This document shows, in pieces, positions 12,201-24,200 of a DNA stretch of 64,000 nucleotides; position 1 is the first letter of the stretch, and every line of letters begins with the position of its first letter. Source of the stretch: Botryllus schlosseri (Eukaryota); the NCBI GenBank assembly GCA_051294905.1, contig CM119386.1, positions 19,220,001 to 19,284,000 of the forward strand. The letters run 5' to 3'. A program made the translations under genes and the position numbers. The notes under the pieces were generated by a model that saw only the letters and a list, made by a program, of their open reading frames with translations, was not told the origin of the DNA and ran no database searches.

Positions 12201-15200
12201 ACCAGGGTTGTAATGCCTCGAGTCATGAGTCTGACTCAGACCACAAATTTTTGGTGACTCGATTCATTTTATCAAATGCGCAAAATGACTCGCCTCTAGT
12301 CAATATATGTATTGAACTGAAAACTGATCAGTGAAGGCTAGCTATGACTCGGAATCGACCCTCAACTAGCTGACTTGGACTTGAATTGAAAATGACTTGA
12401 CTTGAGTCAAACTATAACAGAGAGATTGACTTGTGACTCGGAACCTTGTGACTTGGTTACAACCTGGCATATTAACAATTATTATGACACCAGCAACGGC
12501 ATAAAGATTCGAATGATCATACAAACAGACTGTTTAAGCTCAATCTACTATTTCTTAACTGTTATTTTGAAAAAGCCTAATCTAAAAATAGGAAATGCGA
12601 ATCTTTATGCCCGTGACGTCATATTTGGTGATACAACTGTTGATATAGAAAGTTATGTTCAATTCTTCACTAGTTGCTGACGAGTGTCAGCCAAAAATAT
12701 TCGCGATTTACTCCATTAAATTTACTTTACTCTTGATAAAAAACATCGATTCTCAATACAAGACTCATTACAATTGATACTCGAGTCCTCAAATCGTTAT
12801 GCCCAGCTCTAGTCGTAATCACTGATTTCGGGGTCGATTTCGACAACGTGATTAAGAACATATCGATGGATCGACAATCCGTCATCACTTGTACATCCTC
12901 CTGCGACGTTTGCTCCACAGTGAAAGGCAAGTCTCCGCTTCTTTTCCCAAACGGAGACAGCGGCTTAAAATAACTGGCCATTTTGGACATAATCCCATCG
13001 CCGGGTTCGTCCTTGTCAATAAACGGAATGTTAATATTTTCAAGGTCTACATCGCACACGACGAAGCCGAAAAACCTTTCTATCTGACGGCGGGGGCATC
13101 GCCACGGCGGAGTTATATGCCGTGGTGACTGGCAGTGGTCCGAAATTCGTCACGTCTGATTGCTGGGAAAAGGTTCAGTGAATCAACACATGACTCCCGG
13201 TTTACAGTATTCCAGTGAATTCGAAACTTGATGAATTTGGCATTTCATCGCCCTAATCCCTTATCCACAACACTAGCCTAGCCTAACTCCCAAGCACAAC
13301 CTAACCCTAACAAGAGTGACAATTCACCAATTGCCTTACTCACTGGCACAACCATTCAGTATATGCAATATATTTCCAAGTGATTGTCAGTCAGTCTGAT
13401 GTCTGTCATTACCAATGGGTCGTAACTGGTGGGCCACGGTTCACTTTGCATTTTACGTCGAGCAATTCGATGTGGGCCAAAGTGCTATTTTGAAAATTGT
13501 TAGATGATAAATTCTTTTTCGTTTTGTTCTTTTATTCCAGTAAATAACATATTCTGTTGCCAAATTTTTTCAACTTCAGTAAACTTCAGTAAAAAGAGTT
13601 TTGTTACGGCGATGTAAAGGGCACAATGCGATTTTACAGAACGGCAGCGGTAAATCTGTACAGTAACGCATCATTAGATTGCATTATGATCAAGATGATA
13701 CAAAATTATATTAAAACATTTAACGAATATGAACCGTAACTACCAGGAGACACTGTCAGACATATCATTCACTAAGCATGATACGCTGCATGCTTCACAC
13801 CACGTTTGTGCTAGCTTAGGATGAAAAGCTCGCCTACGTTTGATCACATATGCACAGATCAATGAAGAATGCTGTGCATTAGAAGCCACCGCATATGAAA
13901 TGATACAATTGCATGCACCGATTTTGTGAGGGTGAAAGCTGTGAACTGATTTATGATGATATTACATGAAAGGGGGTTCAATGTTGAATCTTACATTGAA
14001 CTATGATAGTAAACTATGATAAAAACTACTTCTTCAAGAATCAGGATTAAAAACTGGGTGTATGAGAGTCTTGACTCGTAGGGGTTATGATCACAATTGC
14101 CAGAACAAAGTGCAATAAACAAAGATCCACCGTCATAGTATGAACAAGCTCCAGGCTCATGTCGTAGAACAAGGAGCCTAGTGAGTTGAAATATGCCCGA
14201 CAATTATCTGTGACGGCATATTTCAGATTAACAATGCCGCAAAATGAAGTCAAAACGAAACCATCGGTGTTTTCATCACCAGCACGGTAAAATATGATGG
14301 TTTAGTCGGTAGATATTGCGTCTATACAAAGTGCACTGATATTGAGCTTTAATAAGTGGGAAAATTAAACCAGGAAGAAACAATTTCATACAGGAAGCAA
14401 AAAACCACAGTCCAGAGCCCCTCGGTACAAAGTTAGGAACACTATTCTACTGTGAGCCACAAAACATTGCAAAAAAGCACACCACATTATTTTCATAATA
14501 GCATCCATTGCAATGATACACAACTTGAAGAGTTATCTCCGATCAAGAGTTATCGGCAAGCTACAATGTGAATTTCATGGTGTGTAATACTCATTGTTAT
14601 ATCATACTTTGCCAGATTGGTTTCACTTTTGAATCTGATTTCCTTTATTGTGCCGATAACTCTTGTAATGATGCACCCGAAAAGTCTTCAAGTTACGTTA
14701 CGATAAATGTACTATTGGAATGGATGTTATGAAAGCAATCTGCCACCTCGGTACCACGAACCAACTATTTACACCACTACATGAGATCCCATGCAAAGAA
14801 CCAAATAGTGATCAATAAAACAAAAACAGAAAAACACGTCCATGTACCAAGACCTGTGCATTACAACCGGTTGCCGGGCACACAACGGACGGTATTGAGA
14901 TATTAGCAATCAGACATTGAGTACCATGCGAGTCTGTGGTCAACATGCTGTTACAGTAGAGACCCCCTGAAATCTGACAAGAGGGCAGAAATTAGGGACA
15001 ATAATCGACAACGTGGCGCAACAGCAAGATTTCCTACGATGGAGCAATAGCTGATGCAGAACTATTTTTTGATGCAACCCTTGAGCAACAAACCACAGTG
15101 GAATGCAGATGTAGTGAGTAATGAAGTGCTTGATACTTGGCAGCCAAACAGCTTACTTATTAGGCCTATCTTCTATACCTTGTTTGAGTATGAACTTTTT

Positions 15201-18200
15201 AAATGGGGTTTGTATCATTTCCAAGATTGAAATCGTCGTAACCATCGCTCAAATGAGACATGTCTTCAGACCACATTTACTGACGTTTGCTCTTGACGAG
15301 AGTAAGCCGAAAAGATCGGAGTGGACTAAATTTGGCAATATGAACGTATTGTTTGGGATTTTCACTTCTACTGAAGATTATCGATGCAGCACCTTGGATC
15401 TTGTGTAGCATAAACTAGTTTTGGGATGTTTCTATCACTTTTACGAGTGAATTGTTACCGTAACCGGCGAAAATACCCCCTGAATTAAGGTAACCGAAGA
15501 TATTTTTAAAACTTGTCCTATTCGTTAGTGTCATAAGTGATTTTACGTTAGTCTTGAATATACATGTTACAATTTCAAAACTAGTCACCCCCGATTAACG
15601 ACTGAAAGTATGTGATCCCTCAAACAAATCAACTGTGCGAAACTATTGGGTATGTTAAGACCATTCAATTTCTACACCCACTTGAAGTAGTTTTAATAGA
15701 GTAGAATCTACTGCGTTACTTCTGCTTGCGCACTAGGGCTGTTCAAAAATGACCTTTTTTCCTGAATCTTGCTGATTACTTGATTAAATCGTTAGGTTGA
15801 CTTAAAAAACGACGCACACCAAATTTGAATTCATTCCAACCAATAATCGCGGATTTCGTAGAGTTTGAAAATTTTGAATTTGCCAAAAAATGCAAAAAAA
15901 AATTTTTCAAATTTTTCTGCCAACCCCATGAAATTGTTGCGCGGTCTTCAAAAACGATGCAGAAGCGGAGTTATTCAAGTTTTTTTATGGTAATTCTGGG
16001 ATGATCCACCAATCAAGGATAATCCCAGAATTATCAAAGAAAAACTGAAATAACTCCACTTCTACGGCTTCAAATTGAGTCAAATTTGTTTTGCATCGTT
16101 TTTGAAGACAGCACAACAATTTCATGGGGTTGGCAGAAAAATTTGAAAAATTTTTTTTTGCATTTCTTGGCAAATTCAAAATTTTCAAACTCTACGAAAT
16201 CCGCGAATATTGGTTTGAATGAATTCAAATTTGGTGTGCGTCGTTTTTTAAGGCAAACTAACGATTTAATCAAGTAATCAGCAAGATTCAGGAAAAAAGG
16301 TTATTTTTGAACAGCCCTATTGCGCACACATGCCTATATGTCTGAGGACCTAACTATCATGTCTCAAGCACACGTCTCGAATGGATCAAACGGTGTTATT
16401 ATGCAATCGTAAACCAACAACATACAACCGTGCATGACAAATCGTGAGTATGAAATCCGCATGAGAATGGTTGAATCCGTGCATGGTTCTTCACAATGTA
16501 CAGAGCAATCTTCAACATACCTTCTTTTTTCTCGGCACCCTGTTGGGATCGACGGCAGGCGGGTCGTTCCAACCGCCCTGGTCTGGAATAGCGGATTCCG
16601 TGGGTATGCTGATGGGCTGTCTGGGTGGTGCTCCGTACGAGATATTAGGCTGGAGGGGTTGGCTTGTCACTGGCATGCTGGGTGCCGGCGCCGGTGGGAA
16701 TTGTGGCACACCTGGTTGCTGAAGCTAAGAAAAACGGAAGACTATGCACAACGTCCATCGATGACATCATGATTCAAAATTTCTGTATGAATCTAAGTAA
16801 TCGAGTTATTGAAGAGACTGTTGAACGCATAAAGGTCAATAAACAATGGAATACTATTTTCATCTTGAAATAAACCCAATATTTTCAGCTTGCACTAGTA
16901 GAGAATACAAAAGAACATTGCATATGAGCAATCGTATCACCAAATATGACCAGACGTGTTTCTGAGCTCATTTGATATCTCTAGTCTGTTTACGAACGTT
17001 CCGCTGCATGAGACTATTGATATTTGTGCCAACGCGCTGTACGGTGGTAAGTTACCACCACCATCAATCCCGCGTAACGTCTTTGTTGAACTTTTACAAG
17101 CGGCAACTTGCTCCGGCAACTTGCTCCGTGGAATTTAGCTTTAACGAGGTCATGTTTCGCCAAATAGACGGCTTAGCCATGGGTAGTCCCCTGGGACCTA
17201 TTTTGGCCAACATTTTCGTAGGGTATTACGAGGGCGAGCTTCTCTCCCAGCGTGAGTCCGCCAAACCACTATTGTACCGCCGATACGTAGATGATACATT
17301 TGTCATTTTCAGGAATGAATCGGAGTGTGACCAATTTCTCATTCGCTTAAACTCGCTTCACACGGCCTTGCAATTCACAATAGAAAAAGAAAGCAATAAC
17401 TCATTATCATTTCTGGACGTATTAGTTGAAAAGCGCAATACCAACAAATTTGAAACGTCTGTTTTCAGGAAACCGACATTCACAGGCCAATACCTTCGCT
17501 GGAATTCATTTAGTCCTCGGCGCAGAAAAATTAACCTCATAGGCACACTCGTGCATAGAGCGTTGATGATATGTTCGGGTAACAAACTGAGTTTAGAACT
17601 TGACTACATCCGAAAAATCTTACTGGATAACGGTTACCCTGAACACGTCATCAGCCGCGGCATGGAGAGGAAATTAACGCAATTCATCGCAGAAAAACGA
17701 ACAGAGCCCACCGCACGAACAATAAAAGATGTTTATATCCATCTACCTTGGATTGGCCCCATTTCCACCCGCTTTGAAAAACAATTGATTTCTGCTGTCA
17801 GTAAGTGTTACGACACAGTCAAAACCAATGTGATTTATACAACAACACAACTGCTCCCTTCAACACGCAAAGACATGCTTCCTGCACTTCAACAAAGTAA
17901 TGTAGTGTACGAATATAGGTGCCACTGTGATTGTGGCTACGTGGGAAGAACGTCAAGACGTCTGCAGGACCGCATAAACCAACATGTCCCCAGATTTATC
18001 AGAACACGCTCAGTGAAAAGCTCACCCTTAACTCATCCACTTAAGATTGATGCTGATCGATCAAAGGCCATTAATTCTGCCATCGGCAAACATCTGTTGG
18101 ATAATCCGATTTGTGCGAATAATTATCGAGACGACCGATTTCGAATCGTAGGGCGAGGTCGCACACAATTCCATTTGTGTGCCTTGGAATCAACTTTTAT

Positions 18201-21200
18201 CAAAATACACCAACCAAAACTCTGTCAACAAAAGGAGTTCATGTACCACCTAAAAATAGTACATTGAACGCTCTCTCTTTCATGCTGGTGACGTCATATT
18301 TTGTGATACGATTGTTGATATACAATGTTCTTTCCAATTCTCTACTAGTTGCTGACGATTACCCCTGACGAGTGTCAGCCGAAAATATTCGGGTTCATTT
18401 CAATATGAATATACTATTTAAATATGATTGTTGATATACAATATTCATTCAATTCTGAACAAGTTTCTTACGATTACCACTGACGAGTATCAGCCGAAAA
18501 TGTTCGGGTTGATCTCAATATGAACACAGCATTGAAAATCAAGTAGGCTGCCTGAGCCATATGATTCCGAGTCGAGTATTAGGATTTGAGAATCAAGTAT
18601 TCGAGTATCACTCATTACTAGGGCAAGTTTTTGTTGCAGTTAAATCCGTGGAAAGTTGCATTTATTCATTTGTTTTCGAAAAAAGTTGCAGAAGTTGCAT
18701 TTTGACCACATTTTGCTCGGTTGACTAAAAAAAAGGTCAATTTTCCGGCTCAGCTCCCGAAATACCCGTAAAAGCGTTACTTCGGTGCTGATTTACGGTG
18801 TTTCAGTCGAATTTGGCCATGTATTTCACCAAAATCGAAAATACCTTCATGAAAAATCGAAAAAGTTGCATTAAAAATATGGACAAAAGCTGCAAAAAGT
18901 TGCACTATAAGATTCCTTCAAACAGCTTTAAACAGCATTCTACATATCTTACAATTATTTAGGAAGCTGCCGGAAGCTGTAAAAAAAAGTTGCAAAAGTT
19001 GCAAAAACTAGCCCTACTCGTTACGATGTTATAGAACGACGTTGATGTCAAGCAGTGACCAATCTTTACAATGTTCATGAAGTGATACAAAGCAGTCATT
19101 GTTCTGAATTATGAGGCTATTCTTGCTAACGTGAGATGGATATCATTGTCCTTTTGACCGCAAAAAAGATATTTTAATCTGGGCGTCTTATGTTTGTTGA
19201 ATTTGAATTTGTGTACTCGAACACTCGACTAAACTGTAAGGATAATGCTCAACTTGGAAAATCAAATCCCCGGGTACCCATTGTTGAATAGTTGAATTCT
19301 CAAACCCTCAAAGCAGCATAGCATAGATTTGGATGAAAATAACGCATCACAAGATCTCACGGAGTGTCAGGATAACAAAGAAAACTGGTACGTACTGGTG
19401 CTGGATTGTATCCGTTAACAGGGACGACTGGAGGACCGGCAGGCGTCATCGGCTGTTGCGGTGTGTACAAATTGGTCGGGGCTGAAAGAATATCGTATAA
19501 AATTATGATGCTTGATATTCCCCGAACCATTGTTCACTTGAACATAAAAAATTGTGTCAGAAAATACAACTAAAAAATGGCAGCCAAAATGTGTAGTCAA
19601 GTCAAGCACCCGAAACGTTAATAATCGACTGATGGCCATAATTGAGTAACGTACAATCTTTGAAATTTAAAATCACACAAATTCAAAAGCGATGTAACAA
19701 CAGTATTATAATAATGCTACAATTACAACTACAAACGGTTTGCCACGTGCATCATAAACAATCGACAAGTGAAACATTTCTGGCAAAAAACACAGTTCCT
19801 GCACTTCACAGAACAGGTGGACACACCCACACCGACAGTGTTCTGACAGACGTAACTCGCATCACACATTCACCGTGCGCCACTCCAAAAATCTATCCAC
19901 AAAATTTGTGCGGCTATAAAAACCAGGAGCAACTTTGTGACGAGATACCTTGACGGTGAACATAGTAGATATCATTCTGCGGCATTCTCGTAATCTGTCG
20001 ATGCGACCACACTGGGACAGAAAGACAATTGAGGAGAGCAGTGCATCCTGCAGGTCAGAGGTGGTCAATAACAATAGACCACTTTTTCACAGAAATCAAG
20101 CGGGTTTCGCGTGCTCGCGCTATGTACGTCCTACTCAACTAAGTCAAGTGATAATGATTTATGACTACTTCCTGCCTTCCACTCCAACTCTGCACCATTA
20201 CGCTATCTTGTAGGTGACGCCAAGACTCACTCTGTAGCTAATCTAATTGGGCAAATACTACTGGATCAATCGTTACGACCATTCATACTACAGTTGTTCG
20301 AACATCAGCATAAAGTAACAGAGTTCAAACCTCACATCGCTAATCGGAAAATCTACAAAATTTACTCACCGGCATAACCTGGTCTAGCTGCAGCAGGTCT
20401 GCGGTTTGATTTGTAAGGATTGTTTGAAGGCGAATTCGATCTGCAGGGCGACACCGGTCTCTCGGGCCGTCTGGGTACGGCCATCGGATTCATGGTGTTC
20501 ATCTGCGACGGGAAGAGAAAGGATAGAAACACCAGATGCTGCGACGTTTTCACTTGATCTGTGATTCCTACATACGACTGATTTAAAACATGCGTCATGC
20601 TGTCAACTTGGTTTGCTGGCTACGGGAAAATATCTATAAAAATGGGAAAAACTGGAGAGGCTTTGAATACAAAGAAAGTTTAACCTATCGAGAGGGCATA
20701 GTGAATGTCTATCTGTCCATCTCCAGCAGAGCTTGGCAGCAATCAAGATTGAAAAGACAAATACCTGTTTAGGTTGTTGATATGCTGACGGGTTGTACGG
20801 CTGTCGTCCTGCAAACAAAGCAACGTCGTTTAAACGTTTCCGATCAGATTAGAGATAGGGTCGTGTAAAGTCGGGTACTTGAGGGATTCTACGTGAAGTA
20901 ATAGGCTTTTGTGTATCATCCATAACAGTGCGGAAAGTTCAGATGCGAACCATTGATGCGGCCACAAAGAATACAGCGCACATTCTACACCAGTGGTTCC
21001 CAACGTGGGCGATTAGGCGGTCTAGGGGGGCGAAAATAACGAAGGGGCGATAGGGGGGCAAAAACGGACAAAGGGGGCGATAGGGGGCGAAAACAACAAA
21101 GGGGGCGATAGGGCGTTAAAACGGCTATATTGAAGTCGGGACCGTAACTACCGCACCCAAACCCCCCGATTGGGGGTGGGGGCTTGAACTCGATGGGGGC

Positions 21201-24200
21201 CCAAAATCATTTCGTCAATTACCATAAATTATAGAGTAATTTTTAAGAAATTCGTACAACTTTTTCAAGAATTTTTCGCGCTGCGCGCGATTTAATATTT
21301 TCATATATCTTGATTTTGGGGTACTCGTCAGTCCGTCACCCAACAAAAATACGCATGATTTATGGAAATAGGAGACTTCGGCGTCGGCCATTACTGCACC
21401 ACGACGCACCAAGACATATGAAGTTAGAGGCCATGTAACATGCGACTCCGAAAAGTGTGCCAGAACGATCAGCAGCAAGAAGACCTTGGCCGAAAAGGGA
21501 TGCCCTTGTGCTGACCGAAAACTTCGATATATATACATATATGTTTAATTGTCCATAGGCGCCGAATGTTCCTGTCCTCGCGACCTTAACCCTACAGGAC
21601 AAACCCTACAGGACAAATGCCATCCCGCAAGAAAAAAAATATTTGCCAGGGAAGAAATACCAATTTGAAATCATGTGCGTCTTTTAGTTCGGTACGTTTC
21701 GACGATTTCCATATCTTCTGACACGAAATAGCATCATGTAACGAAGTCAATATAACAACGGTTCCGCCCGAAGATTTTCAATTATTATTTCGGGGTCGTA
21801 CCTTTTCCAACACAGCACACTCAGCTCTACCGGTAAATCTGATTACGTGAGCAGAAAGAGGATAAAAAATTGATAGCAATGCAATTCCCGACCATATTGA
21901 CCGATTCAAAGTTCAAACATGAATTATATAAATTTGTTGCACTTCGCTCGTTTAGGCGAAATACGGTGACTTACCAAACAGTACATGAAAAAGGGCATAG
22001 CTGATATGTAGCGACAAAAAGCCCACTGACTGAGGGGGGGTCTGGGGTTTGGTTTATCAGCCTGTGGGGCCAAAGACCAACGTTTTTTTGGGGGGAGGCT
22101 GACGAAGTGCTGTTTTTCGGTTCCCAATATTTGCGGGGCGATGATCGGTGTGGAGCTTCAAAAGGGGGCGATGTGTCGAAAAAGGTTGGGTTCTACACCA
22201 TATTAAAGATATTCTGGAATTATTTTCGACCATGCCTATTTCATTGCACGTTGTGAGAATGCTGTGAGTTGATCACGATTTCACAGATGTGTCATTTCCA
22301 CAAATTAGTTTTGTAATACGTTTTATATCCTACAATATGACTAATCGAGGTTTAAAGCTGTTCACAGTGTAAAATGCTATCGAAACTATATTTCTCACTG
22401 ATAAATTTACTCTTAATGGCATGGAGCGTATCATTTATATCAATTTCAAACGTCTCCTACTACTTGATTGACCCGAAAAGCGAGTAGCTTCGTTTTACAT
22501 GTTTCATATACTGCGATACAGCAGAGCTTGTAAGGCTTCCACAGTGGAAAATGCTATTGAAACTATTATTTTCGTTGATACATCAATTTTTGGTGGTAAA
22601 GAGTGTATCATTAAAATTAACACTCGATTCCGATTCGAGTACCCAGCTCTAATTAAGGACACGATGAGATACCTTGCAATCCGCGGTACGGTGATGGGTT
22701 AGCTTGCGTTTGCACTTGATGCTGCTGAGTTCCCAAGGCGTAGTCGAGTCTTTGTTTCAGATAAATTATCGCAGGCTGGAAAAAAGGCTCACTATTTCTG
22801 CGGCAACTTTGTATTAGAATGGAATAACAATAAACCATTAGAACACGACTTCTTAACCTGGGGTCCAAGGACTAGTCTCAAGGGTCCCGGAAAGGCCATT
22901 GTTGAAACTTTAACAAACAAAAAAAACATTTGCGTTTATAAGATCTGTCCTTATTTGTCCGCGCCACAGGTCACAAGCTCAAGTGACAGCCTTTTAATAG
23001 TTATCATGCACTTTTTCAGGCATCAGTTATACTATATCACAATGTGAAGCTGTTCTCAGTAGTGGGCGAAATTGACAACCCTTTTTCCGTCAAGAGATTT
23101 TCAATACGCGGCCCACGCAGCCATTCAAAAAAATTTAGGGGTCCGCTCTAAGAAAAGATTAAGAACTAGATGAGCATGACTGATATCATATTATGTTGGA
23201 GCAAGATTATCTGATCCTTGTTGCCACAAACTAATCTAGTAGTATTTAGAACATTGTCTGTTTTCAAAATATGCCTCTTCTCCCCTCTTTTGTGTCACCT
23301 CTCCCTCCTCTCGGCTGGCTACGTGTGTGGCCAACCACACAACCTGTTTTAGCATTTGCAAATTTAGTATTTGAATATTATAGGGGCTCTGAAGACATGC
23401 GAAAATAGCTGTCGACAAAATCGTTTTCACACCTTCAACTCCAATTTCAAACCATATATAAGCACAGTGTCCCTTTAAGACCGTAAATAATCACCTTATC
23501 GGACGCCGCCGGTAAATATTGCATGGCCGCGTTCAGTTCACCCTGCGATGCCAGCAAGCTCGCGTAGTTAGCCAGCTTCTCGGAAGCGGCCTGCCCCAAT
23601 CCCAGCTCGGACAGGTTTTCAACGGCTTTCACCAAAATCATGACTTTTTCGATCAAATCCTGCAAGGAAACGGAATTCGTTAGACTAAGTCAGCGAAGTC
23701 TCACCTGTAGCTGTGTAATTCAATTCCGATTCAAGTATTTGGCTTCGAGTTAAGTATTCGAGTATCGCTGTTATAACGTCGCAAACGTATAACTCATGTG
23801 CAGAGTTCAAAGTGAAAATTCCAATGCTCGAATCATTGTGCTCAGCCATACTGGCAATGCGGTCGCAAAATTACCTGCTGGGTGTCCGGGGTCGAATTAG
23901 ACTGTCCCGACTCGCGTTTCATGCTGTCCCAGCAGTGCACCAGTTTCTCCACGTTGCCAGAGCAAATGTAACACAGGCAGGCGTGAATTCTCCTGTCCGG
24001 TTCTGTCTCCAGTCGGCTGCCGAGTTCATCTGTAGCCGAGGAAAAGTGTTATGAATGCGAGGTAAAGAATTCATTGAAATTTTTGGGGCAGTGACCGCAA
24101 TGAAACTGACACATAAACTTTGATATTTATAGTTTCCGCATATCTTTTATGTAGGCCACCGAATGAGCAGTGATTTGATGGACGCACATGCCTGGTCCCC

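Noticed and set aside
14995-15113. Plus-strand exon-like island ([36 protein letters not shown], then gtgagt)
   Set aside because: No convincing acceptor, partner exons or homology recognised; left unannotated.
15985-16277. ORFs 15985-16188, 16070-16273, 16086-16277
   Set aside because: By-products of the MITE inverted repeat.
21215-21602. Similar ORFs here and at 51448-51750 as a duplicated gene
   Set aside because: They are frames of the same dispersed repeat, with inconsistent starts and stops and no recognisable domain.
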